Counted from the first letter of the stretch, positions 19,078 to 29,167 are shown. The stretch: 64,000 nt of DNA from Parabacteroides distasonis (GCA_963617005.1 CAVEMY010000001.1:1655-65654); one strand, 5' to 3'. Translations and numbers: made by a program. Notes: a model not told the origin generated them from the letters alone.

Positions 19078-20004
19078 ATGGATAAGCAACTACTTGCTCA
19101 AAAAAATGTTCTCGTTGTCGGCGATTCCATGCTTGACAAATACTGGTTCGGGGACACCAATCGTATTTCTCCTGAGGCGCCCGTTCCCGTTGTTCGTATC
19201 GTTCGCAGTGAAGAGCGCCCAGGGGGCGCGGCGAACGTCGCTCTTAACGTTGCAAACCTCGGCGTAAAAACGACGCTAATGGGAGTTATTGGTGCCGATG
19301 AAAATGGCTCCAATTTAAAAAAACTCCTAGCTCCGACAGGGATTGATTGTCAGCTTCTTTCCGATGCTGCCGTAAAGACCATTTTGAAATTACGCATCGT
19401 TGCGCGTCAGCAGCAACTTGTGCGTATCGATTTTGAAGAGCCCCCATCAGGAGACGTGCTCGCAAATCTCTTATCGGACTTTTCCGATGCCGTCGAACAG
19501 TACGACGCACTTGTCCTTTCCGATTACGGTAAAGGGGGACTGGCCCACATCCGAAGCATGATTGATATTGCGCGCGATAAAGGGATCCCTGTGTTAATCG
19601 ACCCGAAGGGTGACAATTACGATCGTTATGCGGGCGCGACTGTCATTACGCCGAATCGCGCAGAACTCGCCTGCGTTGTCGGAAGATGGACAAGCGAAGA
19701 AGACCTGACTATTCGAGCACAGAACCTTCGAGACCGCCTAAATCTTGAAGCCCTTTTATTAACGCGAAGCGAAGAAGGGATGACACTATTTACGGCCGAC
19801 GGGGTTCAAACCGTTCCTGCACAAGCGCGAGAAGTCTTTGATGTCTCGGGCGCTGGAGACACGGTAATTGCTGTGACCGCTGCTATGCTCGCTGCGGGAC
19901 TCAATCTATCGGAAGCGGTCCGTATTGCCAACCGCGCTGGCGGCATCGTCGTCGGCAAACTCGGCACGGCAAGCGTCTCTTACAACGAACTTTTCGGAAA
20001 TTAA
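19078..20004 (+). CDS. hldA: D-glycero-beta-D-manno-heptose-7-phosphate kinase (RfaE domain I only)
   Basis: PfkB-family sugar kinase ([13 protein letters not shown]..., DVSGAGDTV). At 308 aa there is no adenylyltransferase domain. Confidence 0.85.
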   Translation: MDKQLLAQKNVLVVGDSMLDKYWFGDTNRISPEAPVPVVRIVRSEERPGGAANVALNVANLGVKTTLMGVIGADENGSNLKKLLAPTGIDCQLLSDAAVKTILKLRIVARQQQLVRIDFEEPPSGDVLANLLSDFSDAVEQYDALVLSDYGKGGLAHIRSMIDIARDKGIPVLIDPKGDNYDRYAGATVITPNRAELACVVGRWTSEEDLTIRAQNLRDRLNLEALLLTRSEEGMTLFTADGVQTVPAQAREVFDVSGAGDTVIAVTAAMLAAGLNLSEAVRIANRAGGIVVGKLGTASVSYNELFGN

Positions 20005-20006
20005 CT

Positions 20007-20999
20007 ATGGCTTATCTTGTTACTGGAGCAGCTGGTTTTATTGGTTGCAATAACGTTATCGCCTTAAACAATGCGGGCATCACCGATGTCATCGCTGTCG
20101 ATAACCTCACACGAGCCGAAAAATTCAAAAACCTCTGCGAATGTCAAATCACAGACTATTTCGATAAGAAAGACTTTATCGAACGCGTGAGAACGGGTCG
20201 CGCACCAAAGCCTGAGGCAATTTTCCATCAAGGAGCCTGTTCGAGCACGATGGAAACCGACGGGCACTATATGATGGAAAACAACTATCGCTACACGCTC
20301 GAACTCTTTGAGTGGGCGCAAGCTTTAAAGATTCCTTTCATTTACGCAAGTTCCGCTGCTACCTATGGAGCAAGCCCCATCTTTATTGAAGACGTGCGCT
20401 ACGAAAAGCCCTTAAATGTCTATGGCTACTCCAAATACCTTTTCGATCAAGTCTTGCGTCACCGAGCTCGCGACTTAAAAGCGCCCGTTATTGGATTGCG
20501 TTACTTTAACGTTTATGGACCTCATGAGCAGCACAAAGGCCGCATGGCAAGTGTTGCCTTTCATCAGTATTTCCAATTCCGCAAAGACGGTGAAGTTCGT
20601 CTTTTCGAAGGGTGCCTTGGGTACGGTAACGGCGGCCAGATGCGTGACTTCGTTTATGTGAAAGACGTCATTGCTGTTGCGATGCACTTTTTAAATAAAC
20701 CGGTCACAGGCATTTATAACTGCGGCACGGGTCACGCTCAGCCCTTTAACGATGTAGCGCTTACTGTCGTAAATACCTTGTCAGGAAAGAATCGCTCGTT
20801 AAAAGAAGCTGTAAACGACGGTTTGATTAAATACATCGATTTCCCAGAGGCTCTCAAGGGTAAGTATCAAGCCTATACGCAAGCCAACCTTGAAAAACTG
20901 CGTGCCGCTGGGTGCGATGTGCAGTTTCATAGTGTTGAAGAGGGAACGGCCGAATACATGCACTATTTGGCAGAAACCTACCCAACGGGCGAAATGTAA
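20007..20999 (+). CDS. hldD: ADP-L-glycero-D-manno-heptose 6-epimerase
   Basis: VTGAAGFIG Rossmann motif, [25 protein letters not shown]. Confidence 0.9.
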   Translation: MAYLVTGAAGFIGCNNVIALNNAGITDVIAVDNLTRAEKFKNLCECQITDYFDKKDFIERVRTGRAPKPEAIFHQGACSSTMETDGHYMMENNYRYTLELFEWAQALKIPFIYASSAATYGASPIFIEDVRYEKPLNVYGYSKYLFDQVLRHRARDLKAPVIGLRYFNVYGPHEQHKGRMASVAFHQYFQFRKDGEVRLFEGCLGYGNGGQMRDFVYVKDVIAVAMHFLNKPVTGIYNCGTGHAQPFNDVALTVVNTLSGKNRSLKEAVNDGLIKYIDFPEALKGKYQAYTQANLEKLRAAGCDVQFHSVEEGTAEYMHYLAETYPTGEM

Positions 21000-21001
21000 A
21001 A

Positions 21002-21565
21002 ATGGCGACGAAAGCCGCTTTCTTAGACCGCGACGGCGTCATTAACGTCGATCGCGGTTATGTCTATCGCATCGAAGACTTCACAGTCATCGATGGCGTG
21101 TTAGAAGCCGCCAAGCGTCTTTATGACGCAGGTTTTAAGCTTGTCATCATCACAAATCAGTCTGGCATTGCGCGCGGCTTTTATAAAGAAAGCGACCTTT
21201 CCCTTTTAAACGAGCACATCCTGAAAATCTTTTGTGAGGCTAACGCTCCGCTCTCTGGCATCTATTGCTGCCCACATTTACCCGATGCGCCGCTTGAAGC
21301 CTATCGCAAGGTTTGCGATTGTAGGAAACCGGCTCCTGGCCTCTTTTTAAAAGCGGCAAAAGAACTCAATCTCGACTTAGAAAAGAGCCTCGCTTTCGGG
21401 GATAAAGAACGAGACCTAGAAGCGGCAAAACGCGCAGGAGTTCCCGTTCGCCTTCTTTTAGGTAAAGATGGAAAAGTAATCCCCGAGAAAAGTACGTCAG
21501 CCTTAGCCGTTGCGAAAGACTTACGGGCTGCTGTTGAACTCTTAGAGGCTTTAAATAAGCTTTAA
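21002..21565 (+). CDS. gmhB: D,D-heptose 1,7-bisphosphate phosphatase
   Basis: HAD motif FLDRDGVIN, ITNQSGIARG, the zinc-binding CxH...CxC cluster (CCPHLP...CDCRKP), and GDKERDLEAA. Confidence 0.85.
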   Translation: MATKAAFLDRDGVINVDRGYVYRIEDFTVIDGVLEAAKRLYDAGFKLVIITNQSGIARGFYKESDLSLLNEHILKIFCEANAPLSGIYCCPHLPDAPLEAYRKVCDCRKPAPGLFLKAAKELNLDLEKSLAFGDKERDLEAAKRAGVPVRLLLGKDGKVIPEKSTSALAVAKDLRAAVELLEALNKL

Positions 21566-22257
21566 GCTTTTCGCTTTCTAAAGCACCAAGCGATTGCCAC
21601 GACTAGCGCTGCGCCTACGATGCAACTTATCGTGTGATAGTTTGCAAGCGCTGGGAACTGATCGAGCATCCACGAGTCTGTCGAAAACATCGATCCGGCA
21701 ATCCAGCCCAAGAGTGCGCCACCAAACCAAATAATGATGGGGAATTTATCCAAAAAGGCCAGGATGACTTGGCTACCGAAGACAATAAACGGAATCGAAA
21801 CGAGTAAGCCAAAAATCACTAGTAGCGTCTGATGATCGTCGTGCGCTTGTTGAGCGGCCGCGGCAATGGCCAACACATTATCCAAACTCATCACGAAGTC
21901 GGCGACGATAATGGTTTTAACGGCAGCAAGTAGTTTGGTACTTGAGGCCACTTTCCCTTCTTCTTCGTGACCTGGCATCAGAAGTTTCACGCCAATCCAA
22001 ATAAGCAAGGCGCCACCCACGACCTTTAAGAACGGTAAATCGAGCAAAGCCACAGCGCATGTAATCAGAATCACGCGCAAGATGATGGCACCAGCTGTTC
22101 CAAGCACAATGCCTTTGATTCGTTGCTGATGCGGGAGATCACGGCAAGCAAGCGCAATAACAACAGCGTTGTCGCCCCCTAAGAGTAGGTCAATCAAAAT
22201 AATCTGACCAACAGCACCCCAATGAAGGTTCGTCAACAAATCAATCATGTATTGCAT
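21562..22257 (-). CDS. TerC/YjbE family integral membrane protein
   Basis: Duplicated TerC motifs LLLGGDNAVVIAL and SLDNVLAIAA. Seven predicted TM segments. Confidence 0.8.
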   Translation of the reverse strand: MQYMIDLLTNLHWGAVGQIILIDLLLGGDNAVVIALACRDLPHQQRIKGIVLGTAGAIILRVILITCAVALLDLPFLKVVGGALLIWIGVKLLMPGHEEEGKVASSTKLLAAVKTIIVADFVMSLDNVLAIAAAAQQAHDDHQTLLVIFGLLVSIPFIVFGSQVILAFLDKFPIIIWFGGALLGWIAGSMFSTDSWMLDQFPALANYHTISCIVGAALVVAIAWCFRKRKA

Positions 22258-22339
22258 GCGCTCTACCCTTTTTAACGCTTCGAAGAAATTGGCATTGTAT
22301 AGAAAGCGCCTATGCTGGCGATTGGGGCGTTTCTTTTTG

Positions 22340-22810
22340 TTACGACTCGCGTCGAGCGCACTCTAGAACTCGACGGATTGTGTCAAAAGAAAAACCGCGA
22401 TTGGCAAGGAACCGGATTTGTTTCTGACGGTCTTTTTCGTTTTCAGCAGCTGTGCCAAAGCGGCGCTCCCAAATCTCTTTAGCTCGTTCGGCTTCGCTAG
22501 GCACGGCTTCCATGGCGCGATTAGCAATTTCTGACGCGACCCCCGCTTCTCGGAGTTCGACAGCAAGCCGGAAATTTCCATAGCGCTTTGAGCGGGCGCG
22601 ACAAAGGGCTTCCGCAAAGCGCTCGTCGCTTAAGAAGCCCTTCTTTTCGAATTCGTCTAGGGTTGCCTCAACCTTCTCGGTGTCTTCCTCATATTCGAGA
22701 AGCTTTTCACGAAGCTCTTTTCTCGAATGCTCGCGTCTTGAGAGAATGGCAATACCCCGCGCCGCTAGGCTACGGGGTTTTGAGGTTAATTTGCCTTCTT
22801 CTTTAGGCAT
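22340..22810 (-). CDS. recX: RecA regulator RecX
   Basis: Three-repeat helical protein ([16 protein letters not shown]..., [11 protein letters not shown]). Overlaps the recA stop by 8 nt. Confidence 0.8.
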   Translation of the reverse strand: MPKEEGKLTSKPRSLAARGIAILSRREHSRKELREKLLEYEEDTEKVEATLDEFEKKGFLSDERFAEALCRARSKRYGNFRLAVELREAGVASEIANRAMEAVPSEAERAKEIWERRFGTAAENEKDRQKQIRFLANRGFSFDTIRRVLECARRES

Positions 22811-23915
22811 CGGCTTTTTCGGCTTCCTTCTTTTCAGTTGCCTTATCTTCGGCCGACAAGCTCGTGGGCTTTGCCTTCATACCACGAAGGGCACGAATCT
22901 TATTTTCGATTTCGATAGCGACTTCGGGGTGCTCTTTGAGGTATTCGCGCACATTGTCGCGACCCTGGCCGATGCGTTCGCCCTCGTAGCTATACCAGGC
23001 GCCGCTCTTACCAACCACATTGAGTTCAACGCCTAAGTCGATTAATTCGCCTTCGTGCGAAATGCCTTCGCCATAGAGGATGTCAAACATCGCCTCTTTG
23101 AAGGGAGGAGCGACCTTGTTTTTCACCACCTTAACGCGAGTTTCTGACCCGTAGACCTCGTCGCCGTGCTTGAGCGGGAGCTTACGGCGGATATCCACGC
23201 GCACAGAGCTATAGAACTTTAAGGCGTTACCACCCGTGGTTACTTCGGGGTTACCGTAACTGACGCCAATCTTCATACGAATCTGGTTAATGAAGATCAC
23301 AAGGGTCTTCGTCTTCGTAATCGAAGCAGTCAACTTACGAAGCGCCTGACTCATTAATCGGGCCTGAAGGCCAGGAAGCGCTTCTCCCATATCGCCTTCG
23401 ATTTCGCTACGCGGCGTTAAAGCGGCAACTGAGTCAATGACGATTAAATCAACCGATCCCGAACGGACCAAGGCGTCTGTGATTTCAAGCGCCTGCTCTC
23501 CAGTATCGGGCTGAGAAAGCAACAAATCATCAAGCTTCACACCGAGCTTTTGCGCATATTGAACATCAAGTGCGTGCTCGGCATCGATAAAGGCGCATGT
23601 GCCGCCAATCTTTTGCATTTCAGCAATGACGTGTAGCGTCAATGTTGTCTTACCCGAACTTTCTGGTCCGAAGATTTCGACCACACGGCCGCGAGGCAAT
23701 CCCCCGACGCCAAGCGCAAGATCAAGACCTAATGAACCCGTACTCACGACTTCCACGTCATCAACGTGGTCCGAATCGCTCATACGCATAATCGAACCCT
23801 TGCCGAATTCCTTTTCAATATAAGCTAACGCCGCTTCAAGAGCCTTTTTACGTTCAGCTTGGTCATTGACACGTTCAACCCGCACAGAATCCGCCTTCTT
23901 CTTATCGGCTGCCAT
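22803..23915 (-). CDS. recA: Recombinase RecA
   Basis: [10 protein letters not shown] Walker [10 protein letters not shown], and NQIRMKIGV...[10 protein letters not shown]. Has a short basic N-terminal and acidic C-terminal extension. Confidence 0.97.
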   Translation of the reverse strand: MAADKKKADSVRVERVNDQAERKKALEAALAYIEKEFGKGSIMRMSDSDHVDDVEVVSTGSLGLDLALGVGGLPRGRVVEIFGPESSGKTTLTLHVIAEMQKIGGTCAFIDAEHALDVQYAQKLGVKLDDLLLSQPDTGEQALEITDALVRSGSVDLIVIDSVAALTPRSEIEGDMGEALPGLQARLMSQALRKLTASITKTKTLVIFINQIRMKIGVSYGNPEVTTGGNALKFYSSVRVDIRRKLPLKHGDEVYGSETRVKVVKNKVAPPFKEAMFDILYGEGISHEGELIDLGVELNVVGKSGAWYSYEGERIGQGRDNVREYLKEHPEVAIEIENKIRALRGMKAKPTSLSAEDKATEKKEAEKADA

Positions 23916-24263
23916 GATGCAGTCTCCTCAAAATAGATAAAAACTATTAATAACCATTTGTCGAAAGTTTTAAGTCTCTGAAGATCATTAAATTATCCTC
24001 TGAAAGCCTTCCGTCTCAACTCTTGCCTTTCTTTGCAATGTTAAAACTGCCTTCCGACTTTTCACGTTTTTTATTATGCACCAAAATTTTCACTGAAAGC
24101 GAAATTGCGTTGTTAAATTTATTAGTGTTTTCCCTAATAAAGGAGACAAAACCACATAGATTTGATTAATTTCAAGAGAACACCAAACACTCTCGTCATT
24201 GATCCTGTCGCTTGCAAGGCTCAGCCCTATTGACAACACGGCATTTTTTGGGTTTCACGGATC

Positions 24264-24292
24264 TTGACATTCCTTGAGAATTCGTGTTTAAT
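24264..24292 (+). promoter_or_regulatory. Sigma70-type promoter for the tRNA-Lys pair
   Basis: TTGACA (24264..24269), 17-nt spacer, TTTAAT (24287..24292), about 55 nt upstream of the first tRNA. Confidence 0.5.
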
Positions 24293-24348
24293 TCGCTCCC
24301 TCGGTTGACTATTCCTCCGCGGACTAGAGCTGACCGCTTGGTTTGAGA

Positions 24349-24424
24349 GGGTCGTTAGCTCAGTCGGTAGAGCAGCGGACTTTTAATCCGTTGGTCGTGA
24401 GTTCGAATCTCGCACGACCCACCA
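24349..24424 (+). tRNA. tRNA-Lys (anticodon TTT)
   Basis: Near-identical architecture to E. coli tRNA-Lys. GGGTCGT acceptor, loop cTTTTaa, CCA encoded. Confidence 0.9.
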
Positions 24425-24449
24425 CAATAAGTCGGTCACAATCGAGTAT

Positions 24450-24525
24450 GGGAGCGTAGCTCAGTTGGTAGAGCAGCGGACTCTTAATCCGTCGGTCCAG
24501 AGTTCGAGTCTCTGCGCTCCCACCA
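24450..24525 (+). tRNA. tRNA-Lys (anticodon CTT)
   Basis: GGGAGCG acceptor, anticodon loop ctCTTaa, T-loop agttcgagtct, CCA encoded. Confidence 0.9.
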
Positions 24526-24533
24526 GTTTTTTA

Positions 24534-24567
24534 AGACACCGTTTGGGAAACTAAACGGTGTCTTTTT
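24534..24567 (+). terminator. Intrinsic terminator after the tRNA-Lys pair
   Basis: Perfect 11-bp stem AGACACCGTTT/AAACGGTGTCT followed by T5. Confidence 0.75.
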
Positions 24568-24728
24568 ATCAGTGCGCCGTAAGCGCTCCTTCTTTTTCAA
24601 GAAACTCCCCTAAACACACTCACCTTGAAAAACGCTGGGTTAAGAGAAGAATTTTGTTTGAAGTCAACTCTTTTGTGAAAAGAGTTTCTTGTATGTGTAT
24701 CTAGCAAAACGGGGATTTAGCCGCCCTG

Positions 24729-25130
24729 TTAAGCCACTTCGTTTGAGAGTTCGATGAGATTGCCGTCAGGATCACGCACGTAAACTGAGCGTAACTTAGA
24801 AAAGGCGCCTGTTCTCTCAACGGGGCCAAGCTCAATGGCAACGCCCTTTTCTTTTAGCGCAGAAATAACCGCCTCTAGTGGACTATCCACGATAAAACAC
24901 AAGTCTGCCGCCCCTGGCGTCGGCACCTTTGCCCGAGGAAGGATAGGAGACCCTTTTACTTCGTGAAGGTTGATTTTTCCCGCCCCATAGACTAGCGCCA
25001 CGCGCCCTTGACCGAAAGTTTCAAGTCGCATTCCAAGCGTCTGCGTGTAGAAAGCAACGCTCTTTTCCCTGTCGGCAACGGTAAGAACGAAGTGGTCGCA
25101 GCGTTTAACCGCAAAAAACTTTCCTGCCAT
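24729..25130 (-). CDS. VOC/glyoxalase-family protein
   Basis: DHFVLTVAD..KSVAFY...LGM and VYVRDPDGNLIEL are typical of the glyoxalase/bleomycin-resistance fold. Start placed at MAGKFF, the internal ATG of ORF 24729..25166. Confidence 0.7.
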   Translation of the reverse strand: MAGKFFAVKRCDHFVLTVADREKSVAFYTQTLGMRLETFGQGRVALVYGAGKINLHEVKGSPILPRAKVPTPGAADLCFIVDSPLEAVISALKEKGVAIELGPVERTGAFSKLRSVYVRDPDGNLIELSNEVA

Positions 25131-25201
25131 AACTTTCCTCCCTGAAAAAAATCGGCCTTTCCGCATGGGATTGGCCGATCTTTTCTTACGCTAAGAAACT
25201 C

Positions 25202-26530
25202 TTATTCTTTAATGGGCTTGCAAGCCTTCCAAATAAGACCCACAACAGCGCCGGCCATAGCAAAGGAAACCCAGCCAAGACCAAACGAATAAAGTGGAAC
25301 TGTCTCATGGAGGAACTGACCGAAACTGCCGAGCGAAACGCTAGCGGTTTCTAAGCCACTAACTAAGGCCATCACGAAGGTAAAGGCCATCGTGCTCGCA
25401 TACACGCACTGACGTCCATCAAACCAGTTATGGAAGAACGCAAGCGCCATCAAGGCCATGCAAAGCGGGTAAATGAACATTAAGACAGGAATTGTCGAAA
25501 CAATGATGGTCTTAAGCCCAAACAAACCGATGAGGTAAGAAACCACGCAGAAGATGGCTGCCCAAATCACGTAATTGAGCTTACCTGTTAAGTGTAAGAA
25601 GTACGCGGCACAGCACGTCACAAGGCCAATAGCCGTTGTAAGACAGGCAAGAACCACAATCACGGCAAGCAAGATTTCGCCAGATGTTCCAAAGAGGACC
25701 TTGGCACTTTCCGCAAGCACGGGAGCTCCCGTATCCTTCATGCCGATAGCCATCACGCTTTCAGCGCCAATCTTAGCCACGAAGATGTAGATCACAGCAA
25801 GCAAGATGCCTGCGATGATGCCACTCTTATAAACCTGAGAAACAATCGCCTTATTGTGTGTGATGCCAGATTCTTTCACAGCAGAAATCACGAGCATGGC
25901 AAACACGAGAGAGGCAATCGCATCAAGCGTGTTATAACCATCGAGAATACCCTGAACCGCTGCCACAGCAGGCGTTGCATAAGCCTTACCAGCAGGCTGG
26001 GGTTCACCCATCGGGGTTAAGAACGATTGCAAAATGAATAGGGCCAACGTCAAAACGAGCGCAGGAGTAAGTACCTTACCTACTCGATCCACAAGCTTGG
26101 ATGGCGTAGCCGCAAACCAGAATGTAATGACAAAGAAGACCGCTAAGAAGATTGGCAGAGCCACCCCAGCGGTTGCATCAGTCAAAAAGGGGCGAACAGC
26201 AATCTCAAAAGACACTGTTCCTGTACGAGGGACGGCAAAGCACGGACCAATCGCAAGATAACTTAAGACCGTGTAGAAAAGGCCGTACCAAGGATGCACG
26301 CGGCTAGCAAGCTCTTGCAGACTGCGGCAACCCGAATAACCCATCGCCATTACACCCAAAACCGGCAAACCGACACCCGTAATGCAGAAGCCCAAAAGGG
26401 CCCACCATACATTTTCTCCGGCGCTTTGACCCATCGCTGCGGGAAAGATCAAGTTGCCGGCACCGAAAAACAGCGCAAAGAGCATGAGCCCAATTGCGAC
26501 GTACCGTTTGCTATTACTTTTTGTCGACAT
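25202..26530 (-). CDS. brnQ: Branched-chain amino acid transport system II carrier (LIVCS family)
   Basis: GLMLFALFFGAGNLIFPAAMGQ N-terminus. 442 aa and about 12 TM. Confidence 0.9.
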   Translation of the reverse strand: MSTKSNSKRYVAIGLMLFALFFGAGNLIFPAAMGQSAGENVWWALLGFCITGVGLPVLGVMAMGYSGCRSLQELASRVHPWYGLFYTVLSYLAIGPCFAVPRTGTVSFEIAVRPFLTDATAGVALPIFLAVFFVITFWFAATPSKLVDRVGKVLTPALVLTLALFILQSFLTPMGEPQPAGKAYATPAVAAVQGILDGYNTLDAIASLVFAMLVISAVKESGITHNKAIVSQVYKSGIIAGILLAVIYIFVAKIGAESVMAIGMKDTGAPVLAESAKVLFGTSGEILLAVIVVLACLTTAIGLVTCCAAYFLHLTGKLNYVIWAAIFCVVSYLIGLFGLKTIIVSTIPVLMFIYPLCMALMALAFFHNWFDGRQCVYASTMAFTFVMALVSGLETASVSLGSFGQFLHETVPLYSFGLGWVSFAMAGAVVGLIWKACKPIKE

Positions 26531-26688
26531 TTGCTTTTTACCAGAAAGTTGCCTCTTATTTTTCCCTAGAGGCAGTTCAAGGGATTCGGCTTAAAACTGC
26601 CGTAGAAACAAAAGACTCCTTATATAGGGAGCCCTTTATCTGTAAACGATTGTATCGTGAGTCTTAGGTTTGCTTTGTCTTATAGAGA

Positions 26689-26702
26689 TTGACGTGCGTC
26701 AA
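26689..26702. promoter_or_regulatory. FNR/CRP-family-type palindrome TTGACG-TG-CGTCAA (TTGA-N6-TCAA) upstream of brnQ
   Basis: Perfect 6-bp arms read directly, about 160 bp upstream of the brnQ start codon. Confidence 0.35.
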
Positions 26703-26824
26703 ACGTCTTGGCCGTCTTCGCGCTGTTTTCCTTCGTTTTTAGGGAGTTTGTCGTAGAAGGAAAATTCCCTCTTTTGCGCGATTTGAGAAAAATCCTCGAT
26801 TGACAAATGCGCCTTTTAGGGCAC

Positions 26825-26855
26825 AAAAAAGGCCAAATCCCGTAAGAAAATGGCC
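26825..26855 (-). terminator. Possible terminator after tRNA-Met(CAT)
   Basis: On the minus strand, GGCCA..(loop)..TGGCC followed by TTTTTTG. The stem is short, so this is tentative. Confidence 0.4.
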
Positions 26856-26898
26856 CGTTTTGAGTGGCCTCAGTTTTCAGCTGAAACCATCGAAATTT

Positions 26899-26975
26899 TG
26901 GTGGCGCATCACGGATTTGAACCGCGGACACAAGGATTATGATTCCTCTGCTCTAACCAACTGAGCTAATGCGCC
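26899..26975 (-). tRNA. tRNA with CAT anticodon (elongator Met, or Ile2 if lysidine-modified)
   Basis: The reverse complement folds as GGCGCAT acceptor / GCTC-AGTTGGTTA-GAGC D arm / anticodon loop atCATaa / T-loop ggttcaaatcc, with CCA encoded. Sequence alone cannot separate Met from Ile2. Confidence 0.8.
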
Positions 26976-26986
26976 AAGGAGGTGGG

Positions 26987-27015
26987 ATTATTTCAAAGCA
27001 CGCTTATTTTGTCAA
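26987..27015 (-). promoter_or_regulatory. Sigma70-type promoter for tRNA(CAT)
   Basis: Minus strand reads TTGACA, 17 nt, AATAAT, ending 11 nt before the mature tRNA 5' end. Lies just downstream of the mlaB stop. Confidence 0.55.
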
Positions 27016-27022
27016 TTTTCGT

Positions 27023-27298
27023 TCACTTTTCGCTGGAAATGTACACCTCAAACAACGTGTGAATCCCATACAAACTCAAAAGCGAATCAAGCGCTGCAGG
27101 CACTCTTCGAATCCGAAGAGGCGTCGCCCTCTTTTTGGCGTGACGAATCCAAGAAAGCAATACGGAAACAGCCGAGGAATCGACGCTTTTTACCTCAGAC
27201 AAGTCAAATTCCGAGTCTCCCGCGTCAATCGCAGCTTGCCCTTCTTTTTTTAACTGAAGGGCATTTTGCATTGTCATGGCCTCACCTTGAATTTTCAT
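27023..27298 (-). CDS. mlaB: STAS-domain protein MlaB
   Basis: Small STAS/anti-sigma-antagonist-like protein (DLSEVKSVDSSAVSVLLSW), the last gene of the mla cluster. The exact start codon is uncertain (several Met near the N-terminus). Confidence 0.65.
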   Translation of the reverse strand: MKIQGEAMTMQNALQLKKEGQAAIDAGDSEFDLSEVKSVDSSAVSVLLSWIRHAKKRATPLRIRRVPAALDSLLSLYGIHTLFEVYISSEK

Positions 27299-27924
27299 TA
27301 CTTCTTTGCCTCTAGGTTTTTGTTTTTGAGTTCTTGGATTAACCCTTCAATTCCTGAGGAATTCACAACGCTTGAGAACTGATTGCGGTAATTGTCGACT
27401 AACCAAATCCCTTCGACATTCACATCAACAATGCGCCAGAGACCATCGACCTTTTTGAGTCGATAATCAAGACGAATATCGGGCTTTCCTGTCTCAAAAA
27501 GAAGCGTACGCACAAGAGCGTCTTTCTCTGTGGGTTTAACGCGATTGGGAGCAAGTTTCGCCTTTTGCCCCTTTACGGAGGCAAGGGCTCCTGAATACAC
27601 GCGAATTAACTGGTCACGAAAGAGCTTTTGAAGCTCTTCGCGTTGCTCAGCGCTCGCCCCTCGCCACTTCGGACCCACGCACATACGCGTCATACGCAAA
27701 AAGTCCACGGTCGGCATCACGATATCATCGACAAAGACTCGAATGCGTGCTGAATCACCCGCTTGTAGTTTTTCATCAGCGCGAATCGTATCGAGAATCT
27801 TATTGCTCATCTCGAGAACCCACTCATTGGGGTCTCCCGATTGATCGGCAGCCCACACAAAACCCATAGGACTCATTGCAGCAGAAGCAAAGAGCGCAGC
27901 AAACAACGTTCTACGCGCAATCAT
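27298..27924 (-). CDS. mlaC: Periplasmic phospholipid-binding protein MlaC (Ttg2D family)
   Basis: Signal peptide and Tol-tolerance Ttg2D-like sequence (FDFLRMTRMCVGPKWR..., YRLKKVDGLWRIVDVNVEGIWLV). Confidence 0.8.
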   Translation of the reverse strand: MIARRTLFAALFASAAMSPMGFVWAADQSGDPNEWVLEMSNKILDTIRADEKLQAGDSARIRVFVDDIVMPTVDFLRMTRMCVGPKWRGASAEQREELQKLFRDQLIRVYSGALASVKGQKAKLAPNRVKPTEKDALVRTLLFETGKPDIRLDYRLKKVDGLWRIVDVNVEGIWLVDNYRNQFSSVVNSSGIEGLIQELKNKNLEAKK

Positions 27925-28685
27925 TCGATTTTCTCTCCTAATCCTGGTTCTTGATCTTCGTCTTCGAACTCATCGACAGCAAAGGGATTTTCCTCTTCGC
28001 CTCCGAGCGTCATACGACGGTTGCCTAAATAAGCCTCTCGCGCCATCACATAGGGGTCAACGGCTCCTCGCAACGTGTCTGTCATCGGCAAAAGCTCGGT
28101 GCGAAGGCTGACAACACGCACACCAGTCACGCTCCAAGCAATCCACGGGTTCTTGACATACGTTACGGGGTGAGCAGCTTGATCGATTAAAAGTCCTGGG
28201 GCGTCGCGCACGCTAGAAGGCCCGAAAAACGGCAAAACAAGGTACGGTCCCGAAGGAACACCCCAGCGACCGAGCGTTGTTCCAAATCCTGTGCGCTCTT
28301 CAGCGACTCCTGCAACCTTACCTGCCACATCAAAGAGACCGCCTAAACCGAAAACCGAATTCACCACGAATCGGTATAAAGAGGCCATCGTGCCGTGCAC
28401 GTTACCTTGGAACGCGTTATTGACAAAATTGCGGGGCTCGCCAAGGTTTGTGAAAACGTTAGAAACGCCTTCTCTTACGGGTTCTGGCGTTACGGCGCGG
28501 TAGCCTTTAGCCACGGGCTCAAGAAAATACGTATCGAGCGTATCGTTAAACGCCGTTGTGTTGCGATTCATCTTCTCCCAGGGGTCGGCAGGGTTTTCTC
28601 CAGCACCTTCGGGAACATTGGCGCACCCACTCGTTAAGAGTGCGGCAACGCAAGTTAAAGCGGCAAGACAGTATTTCGTTTTCAT
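27921..28685 (-). CDS. mlaA: Outer-membrane lipoprotein MlaA (VacJ)
   Basis: Lipobox LTSG|C, and the DPWEKMNR..FN...D motif typical of VacJ/MlaA. Confidence 0.85.
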   Translation of the reverse strand: MKTKYCLAALTCVAALLTSGCANVPEGAGENPADPWEKMNRNTTAFNDTLDTYFLEPVAKGYRAVTPEPVREGVSNVFTNLGEPRNFVNNAFQGNVHGTMASLYRFVVNSVFGLGGLFDVAGKVAGVAEERTGFGTTLGRWGVPSGPYLVLPFFGPSSVRDAPGLLIDQAAHPVTYVKNPWIAWSVTGVRVVSLRTELLPMTDTLRGAVDPYVMAREAYLGNRRMTLGGEEENPFAVDEFEDEDQEPGLGEKIE

Positions 28686-29152
28686 TCTTTTGTGTTTTTC
28701 TCAGCGAATTGATACATAAGCTGGCCAATCAGGTTTTCGAGAACGATGGCAGACTGCGTGCGTTCTACAACGGAGCCGTCTTTCCAGTTGCTTTCTTCGG
28801 CACCCGCTGTAATTCCCACGTACTGCTCACCAAGAAGCCCCGAGGTGAGAATCTTCATAGAAGAATCCGTTGGGAATACATAGCGCGAGTCAATGGCGAG
28901 CTCGACTTTCGCTTGGAAGGTTTCTGAGTCAAAGGTGACACTTTTCACCCGCCCAACGACAACGCCCGAACTCTTAACAGAGGCGCGCGGCTTTAGTCCC
29001 CCAATGTTGTCAAAGTGGGCTGTCACCGTATAGGCGCTCGCGTTCATATTCAGGCTTCCTAAATTGGCTGCCTGCAATGCAACAAAGCCAAGAGCCAAAA
29101 AGCCCGCCACAATGAACAAACCGACGAGAAATTCCAATTGAGTGCGTTTCAC
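28682..29152 (-). CDS. mlaD: MCE-domain protein MlaD
   Basis: N-terminal TM anchor plus MCE domain (GLKPRASVKSSGVVVGRV). Confidence 0.85.
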   Translation of the reverse strand: MKRTQLEFLVGLFIVAGFLALGFVALQAANLGSLNMNASAYTVTAHFDNIGGLKPRASVKSSGVVVGRVKSVTFDSETFQAKVELAIDSRYVFPTDSSMKILTSGLLGEQYVGITAGAEESNWKDGSVVERTQSAIVLENLIGQLMYQFAEKNTKE

Positions 29153-29167
29153 TATCTCACTCCCTCT

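Noticed and set aside
23916-24100. Search for a LexA SOS box (CTGT-N8-ACAG) upstream of recA
   Set aside because: No match found by eye in the recA-proximal ~200 bp. Reported only as an absence within a finding, not as a feature.
24038-24163. 41-codon ORF (MLKLPSDFSRFLLCTKIF...) in the recA/tRNA-Lys spacer
   Set aside because: No Shine-Dalgarno sequence, AT-rich random-looking composition, and it is below any reasonable evidence threshold.
24349-25166. tRNA-Lys pair as an integration hotspot, with a small island (VOC gene) downstream
   Set aside because: No integrase, no partial tRNA 3'-end duplication seen downstream, and the only gene before brnQ is a common VOC-family gene.
26680-27253. 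ORFs 26680..26931 (-) and 26969..27253 (+) listed in the six-frame track
   Set aside because: The first overlaps the tRNA(CAT) gene and its terminator. The second is antisense to the well-supported mlaB STAS gene. Neither has a recognisable motif or an SD sequence.
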